DNA of 64,000 bases from a virus, in the IMG/VR virus record IMGVR_UViG_3300020438_005037, positions 6,010 to 70,009 of that record; one strand, written 5' to 3'. This document shows, piece after piece, positions 18,801 through 28,030 of the stretch. Positions within the stretch are counted from its first letter, which is position 1. The number at the start of each line of letters is the position of its first letter. The position numbers and the translations under genes were made by a program. Under the pieces are notes generated by a model, which was given only the letters and a program-made list of their open reading frames with translations, was not told where the DNA came from and searched no databases.

Positions 18801-21800
18801 AAGAAGATTATCCAATAAGGATTACAAAAAATGTAAGTTTAAAAGGAGACGAATTCCGGAGAGTTGTAATATCACCTGCTACAGAGGCAAATGGAAATGT
18901 AGCAAGAGTATCACAAAGCAAATATGCACAAACTTATTTCTACAGAGATTCACAATTTGACGGCATGAATATCATAACAGGCGGAAGTGCTGATTTTTAT
19001 AATCAAGATCAATATGATAATTCAGGACAGCCAACTGGTACGGCTCAAGGAAAATTTGGTTACCATTACCTCCAAGATCCAGCAAATCCTATTAACATAG
19101 ACAATGCAGGTGCGATAACTGTGACAAACGCTGGTTTATTCAGTGTTGCAGAAAGTATACTCAAAGCTAACAGAGATTACATTACTGCAGAAATGAATAA
19201 TTATCTATCAGTGCAAGAAACAGAGACAGGAGCCACATTTATATACTCTGGAAATGATAGACAAGATGATTTGAAATTAATAATTGACGCATTACGTAAT
19301 GATCTTCTAATAGGTGGTAAAGAAAAAAGCTTGGAAATACAGGGATTTTTAGATGGCAGGAATTTTAACCCAAATACCACTACTGCTGTGACTGCTATGC
19401 TAAATTATCTTAGCACACTTGTTGTAGCACTTTTAGGAGCTAACACTCTAACTGCTGCTGTTGCCATAGGCGCTAGCACATACACTCCTGGCACCCAAAC
19501 CACAGAAACTGTGGTAATATTAAAAAACGCAAATAATATTTCTATAACAGGCGAGACTGGCAGCACCACTGCAGCACAGAATTTATTATCATTAATTACC
19601 TTTGGAATTGCCAGTGGTTTCAAACCTCCTAAACGGAATGACCAACTTGATGTGTTCATGCTTGATGATACTACTGTGATTAGGAATGTTAGTTGCAGGG
19701 GACATGGCGGATTTATGGGAGTTCTTGACCCGGATGGTCAGATATTAACAAAATCACCATATATACAAAATTCCACTAGTTTTTCAAAAAGTATCAATGC
19801 AAAAACTTTCGCAGGAGGTATGTACATTGATGCTTATACTGGTAATTTGCCAGTAAACATTGTAAACGGTGAACCTTCGAGTCAAAAAGTAGTAAATTCT
19901 GTTGTTGGGTTTGATCAAATAAGGGTAAACAGTGCTACTGGACAAGGATTATATCGTAGAGCACCTCAGTTACCTTGTCCTTTTTACATAGACGGCATAA
20001 GACATACAGTTACAGCAATTACAGAATACGATAAAGGTAACGGAACTGCCTTATTAAGTTTAGATCCAAATACAAACAGTGGAAGGGGATACACACCTTC
20101 ACAATACACCGACACAACTTCCGGCACCACAGGTAATAGCACTAGAGCAATAGCACTGCAGACTGCTGGTAACAGATCAATGTTGGCAAATGGGTTTACA
20201 CAGGTAAATGATCTAGGATATGGTACCATAGCTACAAATGGTGGTACATCTGAGCAGGTATCACAATTTTCCTATTATACCCAAGCTGCAATGTATGCAA
20301 ATAATGGATCAGAAATACGTGCGTTGAATTGCTCTAGTGGTTATGGAAATTTTGGTTTAGTAGCGGAAGGTGCTGATCCTAATGAAATTCCTGATCAAGT
20401 TACGTTAAAACATAACATGACCATGCCTATTAGGGCGTACACAAACACCAGTAACACAAGTGCAACCTATACCAATAATTTAAACCAAACAACAGTGGTG
20501 GTTTATCAAACCACCAGAGTGCCAGCAGCACAAAGCCAAATAACAATCAATCATACTGTTGCAGGTAGATTAAATTATAAAGTATCAAGTGTACAAAACC
20601 TAGCCGATGATGCTACGTCTGGACAAGTTTCAGGTTTTATTGAGTCAGCTCAAGGAAAAAGCCTATACAGATTAACACTTCAGGTTGATAATGTATCTGC
20701 TACTGATTATTTTGGCGATCTGCAGGAAGCACTTGCACATGATACTTTGATAGAATATCGAGATGATCAACAATTCATATATGAAAATGTAAGGTCACCC
20801 GCTACACTGCAAACTAGACCTAGTACAGCGATAAATTTTGATGAATCAGACGATGTCACTTATAGGACTCTAGATTTTGCAGAAACTGATTCTATAGGCA
20901 CTGCGTTATCAAACACCCAAGTAAAAACCACACTGGAAGTTGGCTATGACCATATAAGATGTATAAGCACAGATTGGCAAGGTCTTAAAAATCAATCAGG
21001 ACAGGCATATATTATTGTAAAACCGTTGACTACAAGTGGTAGTTATCCAGAAACTACACGGTTGAATAACATGCTTTTCAGCTGGGCTGGAAGATTACAC
21101 AAGATAACATCAGTGCGTCCATTGACCACATTAGCAATAGGCAGTTCTGTCAGTGTAAACGATGGTGACACAATTACACAGGTAGTTAACAGCGTGACAG
21201 TTACCGGCACGGCTGCATTACAACATTCAGGCTCAATATTGCATGTATATAATGTTACAGGTGGTAGTTTTCAAACTGGTACTACAATTAGTGTAAATGG
21301 CAGTAACAGTGGCTCTCCAACCGCAGTATATACTGGCAATAGCAGTGCTGTGTTGCTGAATATAGAAAAACTCAGTGGGTCAACTGATGTTGCTTCTGTA
21401 ACAGGTTCATCCGGCCTTAGTGAAAATTTACCCAGTATTACGTTAACATTTCCTAATAACTTGCCTACTATTGCAGTGAATACAACACTTACACAAGGCA
21501 GTGGCATTACAGCTGACGTAGCACACGCAGTAGTATCAGGTACGACAAAAAAACTGCAACTTTATAATGTGCAAGGTACTTGGACAAACACAGCAAATAT
21601 AGAGTTTGATACAAATTCAGCTAATGACCAAATACCGGCAACAGTTGATAGCACAGGAACAACATTATTTGCTGGTTTAGCTGCTACAAGCACTGCAGAA
21701 ATAACTGTAAAGATCAGCATCACCAGGGCAAGTAATCATGACTTTACACAGATAGGTACAGGCAGTTTCAATCAAAGTAACTATCCAAGCAGCATCTTTG

Positions 21801-24205
21801 GTGATCCAGTAAAGCCAGATCTTGCAGGATTTTACACAGATGCCCCAAGTGCTACAGAAGCACAAGTTTATGAAAAACGCAAAGGGCGTGTATTCTTTGT
21901 AAGCACTGATCAATTTGGATTCTTCCGTGTTGGAAAATTCTTTAATGTTGACCAAGGTACTGGAAAAATTACTTTTGCGGGTGATTTAGGGATATCAAAC
22001 GCAGATGCATTAGGCTTTAAAAAAGGTGTTGTAGTAGAAGAATTTTCACCAGATGATGCAATGACTGATGGTTCTGATAGTGCGGTACCAACAGAAAAAG
22101 CTGTAAAATCATACATAAAACGTGTTCTTGGATACGATCCTGGACCTCCGGCACAGACTATTCCAGTAGGATCAAGGATAGGCCCAGGTTTCCTTCCTCT
22201 GACTGGTGTAACACCTATGGAAGGTGTGTTAAACATGGGAGGCACTGGTGGCCCATATAAAATAGAAAATCTTGCTGCTCCTACCAGTGCTACAGACGCT
22301 GCAAATAAAGCATATGTTGATCAGAACAGTTCTGCTTTTGCTCAAATTGCAACTTCACGTGACTTTGGCCATGCTCAATACACATCAGGTGCCAATGCTG
22401 GTGATATAATACCACCTGCTGCAAACGAGCTATTAGTGAGCACTGGCAACAAAATTCTGATTGTTAACAATATCAGTGGGACATTTGCAGATAACGAACA
22501 GATCGGTAACAGCTACAGTAGTAGCACGACTGCAGGTGCTAGCAAGCGAGGCACAACAGTACAAACAACCACATACACAGATCAAGTGTTTGGTGGAAGT
22601 GTAACTAAGATAATTTACACAGAAGACACTGCATCTTCTCCATTTGTATCAAGTGATAAAGGTACTACCCTGTATGCAGACGGTGGAGCTACTGCTACGA
22701 TTTTATCCGATGGACCATTTGAAGAGTTTACAAATGCAAAAGAAGCAACTGGATCAGATATTGCGATTACAATCACAAGGACTCAACCAGAAACAAGCAT
22801 TAATTTCCAATACAAATCTGAAACTATAGTCAATGCTGATGTAGCAGCAAACGCAGCTATAGCACAGACTAAATTAGACCTAACTGTAGCAAGTACTGCT
22901 GCAGATACCACTGGATTAACAAAAGCTGATCTTGGCGTGGCTAAATTTAACAGTGGTGAATTTACATCAACTGGCACTACAAATACCGGAAATGCAGGCT
23001 TTATATCATTAGCTGACAGCGGAATTGCAGCTACAAAATTAGCAAACATTGGAGCCAACAAAGTCTTAGGCAATGCAACTAGCTCAGCAGGCGCTGTGAC
23101 AGCTATTGACATAAGTGCACTTGGTGGATTATTGCCAAGTGATTTTGCACAGTCAAGCGATTTTACTAGCCCAAACGTAGGAAAACAATACGGCTTGACA
23201 GTAACTTCATTGGACGGTACTAACAGCACTGACTTTAATAAAACAGAATTGACCAGTGCACCCACTGTGTCTACTATACCTCTAAGAGATACAGCTGGAA
23301 ATATACGAGCTACTGGGTTTGTCTTAGGTGGTGATGCAACTTATCAAGTAATCACAGGCACAGGTACAGCACTGCAAATAAAAACTCCGCAGGGTAGGAA
23401 TATTTTCTCAGCAAGTGGATCTAGCAGTACTGAATCTACTCCACAATTTTTAGATAATCTAGCTGTAGGTGCTGATCATACTGCACCTACAAGAAGCACA
23501 GTTCAAGATGGGTTAACTGCGGGCAATACTTATGAATCAGATGGAGCTTTATTTAGTAATTGGACCTATACAAAAGCTATCCAAAATATCGATCACGGTA
23601 CAAATAATAATTGCGGTATTTTATTTGGTGATGCAGGTGCAGGCGGATTCAGTGGTCAAGCAAATGATTCAATGATTATTTTTCACAGTGCAACTGAATC
23701 TTATAAGATTGATTCAACTAGTATATCACCGTTAGTAAACAACTCGAAAAACTTAGGCACATCTACATTAACATGGAATACTGTGTATGCTGGTGTTTTT
23801 AATGGCACAGCTCTACAAGCTAAATATGCAGATTTAGCTGAAAATTATCTAGCTGATGACAAATACGAAGTAGGCACTGTGCTTGTGTTTGGTGGTCCAG
23901 ATGAGCTTACTGTTTCAACAAAAAAAGATGACACCAGGATAGCAGGTGTAGTGTCTGAAAAACCAGCTTATCTAATGAATACAGATTTACAAGGTGAAAA
24001 TGTTACTGCATTGGCTTTGCAAGGTAGGGTAAAATGCATGGTCATAGGAAAGATAGCCAAAGGTGACATGTTAGTCGCAAGTGCAGTCAAAGGACACGCA
24101 ATGAGTAACAACAATCCAAGACTTGGTGCTGTAATTGGCAAAGCTGTAGAAAATAAAACCGATACAGGTAAAGGAATAATTGAAATAGTAGTAGGAAGGG
24201 TATAA
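15827..24205 (+). CDS. Giant tail fibre/tailspike (2792 aa)
   Basis: T4 gp9/gp10-like N-terminus NIGVEGNDGTGDSIRASFNKVNENF; beta-helix-like motifs (YVSTKGDD...FKTINAA...G.YKE); FCCH-like repeats; C-terminal ADLAENY...GRV autocleaving chaperone-like domain. Confidence 0.8.
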   Translation: MPRQEVNIGVEGNDGTGDSIRASFNKVNENFIELYAVFGIGGQIKFTSLSDTPDTLTANTIPLVNSAGTAVNLVQLASNSAVDANAQDSVNFSFDTAGKLVITSGFGQVADDLSPTLGGPLDAGNRGIANVAISDAAASNMNAQHSALSNITIDDLVITKGYADQRYVTSAVPVRVDDQATGTGHYTWNIETYVSNQINIIKHTTAAQVDVATGHGLNAAYNGTLMVFNAAISDSGVTGLTSGEKYYIRIFTNTNLKLFKYDSTKAKTEDPGYIAATQVSDTAALAYTDSNGNPVAIDVVGSKPSDSGDVHTLTLASFDSTLSGTYLADQALPRKEVVMRSGDTMTGSLFLDDHPGDFAGITRSPNTEDYRAATKFYVDNSGYSSPEVLYVSTKGDDLMRNAPSGKEGTSKSYAFKTINAAAQRAEDLIRTAPIRPGPYTQTLTHTAGGTTSAAQIMRGAFKDGVFFNARRLLERNKEYIQKETTAYINKTYPNYTYDEARCQKDLGLIIDSIAFDLNKGVSSNSLTRIAGERYYSSVSGRRAITAQITYTEAAFNFAKTLSTDILRNQLNDEITITGISTAAIGVVTTQANSHPYSDGDIIVFKDIPGMTQLEGKTAYIKTLSATPNQFQLYQNSALTVGLNTTSFTAFTASSTGKVGTRYQLFESQIFDVAEVVIAAVDTTKIPVVITTVGNHFLDDNENITIAGSTGITGINGSTNRYVRRLNDTQFRLYSNTFNVKNISSADTTTDVVITSFGHGLQNNSTAIVFTDVTATSGKTTLENTLYYVGDRTDDTFTVYTDAARTPSTKLSNSGISGITGGTITLNAVAADSSAAWTGSYTANSGKITKPSSSPDTQVNAVQSKWNLIVDIIKLGIDSGSAVNFGKPYQIVVSNGNQNQGEVDQTDADNKDALAGKVIRGKRSNALGLITKVTNNVTIEGTTNFENNAEERPTVFEMNLLEARDFEVGEEIEFGNRNVNKQVLIEVEAGAYKEDYPIRITKNVSLKGDEFRRVVISPATEANGNVARVSQSKYAQTYFYRDSQFDGMNIITGGSADFYNQDQYDNSGQPTGTAQGKFGYHYLQDPANPINIDNAGAITVTNAGLFSVAESILKANRDYITAEMNNYLSVQETETGATFIYSGNDRQDDLKLIIDALRNDLLIGGKEKSLEIQGFLDGRNFNPNTTTAVTAMLNYLSTLVVALLGANTLTAAVAIGASTYTPGTQTTETVVILKNANNISITGETGSTTAAQNLLSLITFGIASGFKPPKRNDQLDVFMLDDTTVIRNVSCRGHGGFMGVLDPDGQILTKSPYIQNSTSFSKSINAKTFAGGMYIDAYTGNLPVNIVNGEPSSQKVVNSVVGFDQIRVNSATGQGLYRRAPQLPCPFYIDGIRHTVTAITEYDKGNGTALLSLDPNTNSGRGYTPSQYTDTTSGTTGNSTRAIALQTAGNRSMLANGFTQVNDLGYGTIATNGGTSEQVSQFSYYTQAAMYANNGSEIRALNCSSGYGNFGLVAEGADPNEIPDQVTLKHNMTMPIRAYTNTSNTSATYTNNLNQTTVVVYQTTRVPAAQSQITINHTVAGRLNYKVSSVQNLADDATSGQVSGFIESAQGKSLYRLTLQVDNVSATDYFGDLQEALAHDTLIEYRDDQQFIYENVRSPATLQTRPSTAINFDESDDVTYRTLDFAETDSIGTALSNTQVKTTLEVGYDHIRCISTDWQGLKNQSGQAYIIVKPLTTSGSYPETTRLNNMLFSWAGRLHKITSVRPLTTLAIGSSVSVNDGDTITQVVNSVTVTGTAALQHSGSILHVYNVTGGSFQTGTTISVNGSNSGSPTAVYTGNSSAVLLNIEKLSGSTDVASVTGSSGLSENLPSITLTFPNNLPTIAVNTTLTQGSGITADVAHAVVSGTTKKLQLYNVQGTWTNTANIEFDTNSANDQIPATVDSTGTTLFAGLAATSTAEITVKISITRASNHDFTQIGTGSFNQSNYPSSIFGDPVKPDLAGFYTDAPSATEAQVYEKRKGRVFFVSTDQFGFFRVGKFFNVDQGTGKITFAGDLGISNADALGFKKGVVVEEFSPDDAMTDGSDSAVPTEKAVKSYIKRVLGYDPGPPAQTIPVGSRIGPGFLPLTGVTPMEGVLNMGGTGGPYKIENLAAPTSATDAANKAYVDQNSSAFAQIATSRDFGHAQYTSGANAGDIIPPAANELLVSTGNKILIVNNISGTFADNEQIGNSYSSSTTAGASKRGTTVQTTTYTDQVFGGSVTKIIYTEDTASSPFVSSDKGTTLYADGGATATILSDGPFEEFTNAKEATGSDIAITITRTQPETSINFQYKSETIVNADVAANAAIAQTKLDLTVASTAADTTGLTKADLGVAKFNSGEFTSTGTTNTGNAGFISLADSGIAATKLANIGANKVLGNATSSAGAVTAIDISALGGLLPSDFAQSSDFTSPNVGKQYGLTVTSLDGTNSTDFNKTELTSAPTVSTIPLRDTAGNIRATGFVLGGDATYQVITGTGTALQIKTPQGRNIFSASGSSSTESTPQFLDNLAVGADHTAPTRSTVQDGLTAGNTYESDGALFSNWTYTKAIQNIDHGTNNNCGILFGDAGAGGFSGQANDSMIIFHSATESYKIDSTSISPLVNNSKNLGTSTLTWNTVYAGVFNGTALQAKYADLAENYLADDKYEVGTVLVFGGPDELTVSTKKDDTRIAGVVSEKPAYLMNTDLQGENVTALALQGRVKCMVIGKIAKGDMLVASAVKGHAMSNNNPRLGAVIGKAVENKTDTGKGIIEIVVGRV

Positions 24206-24462
24206 TGGCAAAACAAACTATTAATATTGGTACTAGTGAAAATAAAGGCGATGGTGATCCATTACGTACTGCTTTCACTAAAGGAAATGCAAATTTTACT
24301 GAACTATATAACAAAACAACCAGTCTAGATGCAAACGGCGTACTTGCGTATACTGCTACAACTGCTGGTGATTGGAATGGTACAGCACCGACCACAGTTG
24401 GAGCAGCTATAGACAGACTTGCAGCTCTTGTAAAAACATTAAATAGCGGCACTGGCGCATAA
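24205..24462 (+). CDS. Short baseplate/fibre adaptor-like protein
   Basis: Same N-terminal motif INIGTSENKGDGDPLRTAFTKGNANFTELY. Confidence 0.7.
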   Translation: MAKQTINIGTSENKGDGDPLRTAFTKGNANFTELYNKTTSLDANGVLAYTATTAGDWNGTAPTTVGAAIDRLAALVKTLNSGTGA

Positions 24463-24475
24463 AATAGGAACATGA

Positions 24476-27400
24476 ATGGCAACACGATATCCATTAATTA
24501 TTGACTCAACAACAAATAATAAAATAAAAGAACTACCATCAGGTGACGATTTAAATCTAAGTGGTAGCAGCATTGTAAATGTTATTAATGCAACTGCGAG
24601 TGGTACAGTCACAGCAAATGCTGTAGAAGTTACCAGTAACACTTTTAGTGTAGCAGGAAACAGTTTGAATCAAGTTGCTTTCACAGGTAATTATAATGAT
24701 TTATCAAATACTCCTACAGTGTTTAATGGCAATTATGACAATTTAACCAACAAGCCTACACTTAAAACCACAATAGAAAGTCTAGATAATGTAAGCACCA
24801 CTGCCCCTGCTGATAACCAAGTATTGCAATATGATAGTAGCAGTAGCACTTATAAACCATCAAGCATAGTATCTGTGAGTTCAAGCAGCATTGATGCACT
24901 GCTGGATGTCAATGTTAGCAATATTGCTTCGGCTGCAGGGCAGATACTCAAATGGGACGGGAGTGCATGGATCCGCGGTAACGCAAGTTCAGGTAGTGAT
25001 GCAGATACACTGGATAGTTTTGAAGGCACTTATTACCTTAATGCAAACAATTTTACAAATTATAAAGTTATTACCAGTGTAGCAGGAGACACAGGAAGTT
25101 TTACAACCAGCACATCATCTGATACAGTAAATATCCAAGGTGGCACAGGTATTAGCACTGCTGTAACAAGTAATACTTTAACAATCACAAATGATTCACC
25201 TGATCAGACTGTTGTGTTTACAAATGGCACAAATATCACAGTCACAGGTACCTATCCTAATTTTACTATAGCAACAGACGCTGTAAGTGCAACACTAAGC
25301 ACAATCTCAGTAGCATCAAATAGTTCGCCCAGCGGCAGCGGCAGCATAGCTTTTAATCAATCTACTGGAGCAATAACTTTTACACCACCAGATCTTAGCA
25401 GCTACTTGACAAGTGTAGGAGTCTTAAGTTCACACACTGACGTTGATGCAACCACTCCTACTTCTGGTCAAGTATTAAAATGGAATGGCACTGCGTGGGC
25501 ACCTGCAGCTGACGGTGGAGGTGGTGGTGGTGGAGGCAGTGGTGATATAGAAGCTGTAACCGCAGGTACAGGTTTAACAGGTGGAGGCACTGTTGGATCA
25601 GTCACACTTAATGTTGATGTTGGTACCACTGCTAACAAAATTGTACAGCTAGATTCAACTGGAAAACTTCCTGCAATAGACGGATCTCAATTAACAAATG
25701 TTTCCGGCGGAGGAGGAGGTACACAGAATTTATTTTCAACAATTGCAGTGTCTGGACAAAATAATGTAGTGGCTGATGCCACTACAGACACACTTACACT
25801 GGTCGCTGGAACAAATATCAGCATCACAACTGACGCTACAAATGACACTATAACATTTGCTAGCTCTGGCGGAGGAGGCACACAGAATGTGTTTAGTGCA
25901 ATTGCAGTAGTAGGGCAAAACAGTGTGGTCGCAGATACTACCACTGATATACTAACACTAGCAGAAGGTGGTGGGATCAACATAACTACCAATGACACTA
26001 CCGACACTGTAACGCTTGCAACTTATCTACATTCAGCCACAGCAGGCACTGTAAATAAACTAGACAGTATTGCATTCATAGACGCAGATGATAATAGCAC
26101 AAAAAAAGCCACAATAACCAGTCTAATAACTGAGATTGCAGGAACCAATCTAGCAGTGAGTGGTAATCAATTAAATGCTACTGTTGGATTGACAAACATA
26201 GTAGAAGACGCATCACCACAACTAGGTGGCGATCTTGATATGAATGGCAAACAAATTCAATATACATTTAACATCACAGCATCTGGAGTTGACCATTACG
26301 TGTTCAATGATGGCGGGAATGTATTCTTTGCCAGTGGCGGAGTGAATGATCCTACTTTGTATCTTAAACGGGGTGAAATATATGTGTTTAACAACACAAC
26401 TGGAGGGCATCCACTAAGGATACAATCTACACCAGGCGTCAGCGGTACTGCATATAACACAGGCGTTACCAATAATGGAAACACCGGTGCGGTCACATTT
26501 AAAGTGCCTAATGACGCACCTCACCAACTTTACTATCAATGTACTTCACATGGCAACATGCGTGGAGTGATTTATATTGATGCTGTGGATCTAGACAGTG
26601 TAAGTCAATCAGCGATTACTACAGGATCAGACAGCATCGTGTTTATTGATAGCAGTGATGAGAATAAAACCAAAAAAGAACCTATATCAGCTTTCTTAAC
26701 AGACATTGCAGGCACTGGTATAACAGTTACAAGTGATCAATTAACAGCAGCAGATACATTTGTTGCGTTATCAGATACACCTGCTAATTTCACCAGCGCC
26801 GGTGGAAAGATTGTTAAAGTAAATAGTGGCGCTAGCGCATTAGAATTTGCAGATAACAACATTGTCAGCCAACTTAATTCATATGTTACAGTAACTGATA
26901 CGGGTACAGATGGTACAGTAACATTACACACTGATGGCACTGACAGATGGAAAGTTACCAGTGGTGGACATCTCATACCGCAGTCTGATGCGGCATACGA
27001 TATTGGATCCGCATCGAATAAGATAAGACATATTTTTATAAGTGATAACAGTATCAAATTTGGAGCTGCTGAACTAGCTATGACTGTGACTGCGAGTAGA
27101 TTGCACTTTAACAGCAACAAATTGATGATAAATGTGTCTGATGATAGCACTCCTACACTGGCAGGAAATTTAGATGTAGCAACACATAATATAGTATCCA
27201 CAACTAATCAAGATATTACACTAGCACCACACGGCACTGGTAAAGTTAATGTGTCAAGTATCTTAAATATCACAGGAAATCTACAAGGTCCAAGTAGTTT
27301 TACAATAGATCCTGCAGCATATGGTGACAATACTGGTACAGTAATCATCGCAGGCAACTTACAGGTTGACGGCACAACCACCACGATAAATAGTACGACA

Positions 27401-27628
27401 CTTGACATTGATGATATTAATATTACAGTCGCAAAGGGTGCAGCAGATGCCGCTGCAGCTAACGGTGCTGGACTAACAGTAGACGGTGCTTCAGCTACAT
27501 TTACATATGCAAGCAGCGGTGACAGATGGGAATCCAATAAAACTATTTGGGTTAACGGATCACAACTCGGAGCTGGTGGAGGCAATACTACAGGAAAAGC
27601 AATTGCGATGGCAATGGTTTTTGGATAA
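24476..27628 (+). CDS. Tail fibre with internal repeats and a cupredoxin-like domain
   Basis: Thr/Gly-rich fibre repeats (GQVLKWNGTAW, VADxTTDTLTL); HP...YYQCTSHGNM; C-terminus GKAIAMAMVFG. Confidence 0.8.
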   Translation: MATRYPLIIDSTTNNKIKELPSGDDLNLSGSSIVNVINATASGTVTANAVEVTSNTFSVAGNSLNQVAFTGNYNDLSNTPTVFNGNYDNLTNKPTLKTTIESLDNVSTTAPADNQVLQYDSSSSTYKPSSIVSVSSSSIDALLDVNVSNIASAAGQILKWDGSAWIRGNASSGSDADTLDSFEGTYYLNANNFTNYKVITSVAGDTGSFTTSTSSDTVNIQGGTGISTAVTSNTLTITNDSPDQTVVFTNGTNITVTGTYPNFTIATDAVSATLSTISVASNSSPSGSGSIAFNQSTGAITFTPPDLSSYLTSVGVLSSHTDVDATTPTSGQVLKWNGTAWAPAADGGGGGGGGSGDIEAVTAGTGLTGGGTVGSVTLNVDVGTTANKIVQLDSTGKLPAIDGSQLTNVSGGGGGTQNLFSTIAVSGQNNVVADATTDTLTLVAGTNISITTDATNDTITFASSGGGGTQNVFSAIAVVGQNSVVADTTTDILTLAEGGGINITTNDTTDTVTLATYLHSATAGTVNKLDSIAFIDADDNSTKKATITSLITEIAGTNLAVSGNQLNATVGLTNIVEDASPQLGGDLDMNGKQIQYTFNITASGVDHYVFNDGGNVFFASGGVNDPTLYLKRGEIYVFNNTTGGHPLRIQSTPGVSGTAYNTGVTNNGNTGAVTFKVPNDAPHQLYYQCTSHGNMRGVIYIDAVDLDSVSQSAITTGSDSIVFIDSSDENKTKKEPISAFLTDIAGTGITVTSDQLTAADTFVALSDTPANFTSAGGKIVKVNSGASALEFADNNIVSQLNSYVTVTDTGTDGTVTLHTDGTDRWKVTSGGHLIPQSDAAYDIGSASNKIRHIFISDNSIKFGAAELAMTVTASRLHFNSNKLMINVSDDSTPTLAGNLDVATHNIVSTTNQDITLAPHGTGKVNVSSILNITGNLQGPSSFTIDPAAYGDNTGTVIIAGNLQVDGTTTTINSTTLDIDDINITVAKGAADAAAANGAGLTVDGASATFTYASSGDRWESNKTIWVNGSQLGAGGGNTTGKAIAMAMVFG

Positions 27629-27650
27629 TAATACATAAGGGAAAAGCAAA

Positions 27651-28028
27651 ATGGCAGAAGCTAATATCGTAGCAGTTACTAGTATATATGGTTATACTAA
27701 AACTTATGCTATAACTACAGCTGGTGTGGTTGTTGCAAATAACACTGCATCTTCCAACAAGCTGTATAAAATAAATTTACTCAGTATCAGTAACGTTGAT
27801 GGTGTCAACGATGCTACTGTTACAGTGCAGATTAGGACAGCAGTAGCTAGTAGTCCGGTGGCAAGACATTTAGTCAAAACTGTTACGGTGCCAGCAGATA
27901 GTACTTTAATAGTAATTGATAAAAACACAAGTTTATATCTAGAAGAAGACATGGATATAAAAGTTCTTGCAAGTACTGCAGGTGACCTTGAAGCTATCTG
28001 TAGCTATGATGTAATAGATGATGCGTAA
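27651..28028 (+). CDS. Small tail-fibre-associated protein
   Basis: ANIVAVTSIYG...VTVPADSTL...LYLEE...SY type that typically follows AIAMAMVFG-ending fibres. Confidence 0.7.
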   Translation: MAEANIVAVTSIYGYTKTYAITTAGVVVANNTASSNKLYKINLLSISNVDGVNDATVTVQIRTAVASSPVARHLVKTVTVPADSTLIVIDKNTSLYLEEDMDIKVLASTAGDLEAICSYDVIDDA

Positions 28029-28030
28029 AT

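Noticed and set aside
25513-25545. GGT/GGA run as a phase-variable tract
   Set aside because: Mixed Gly codons encoding a flexible linker; length changes would keep the frame
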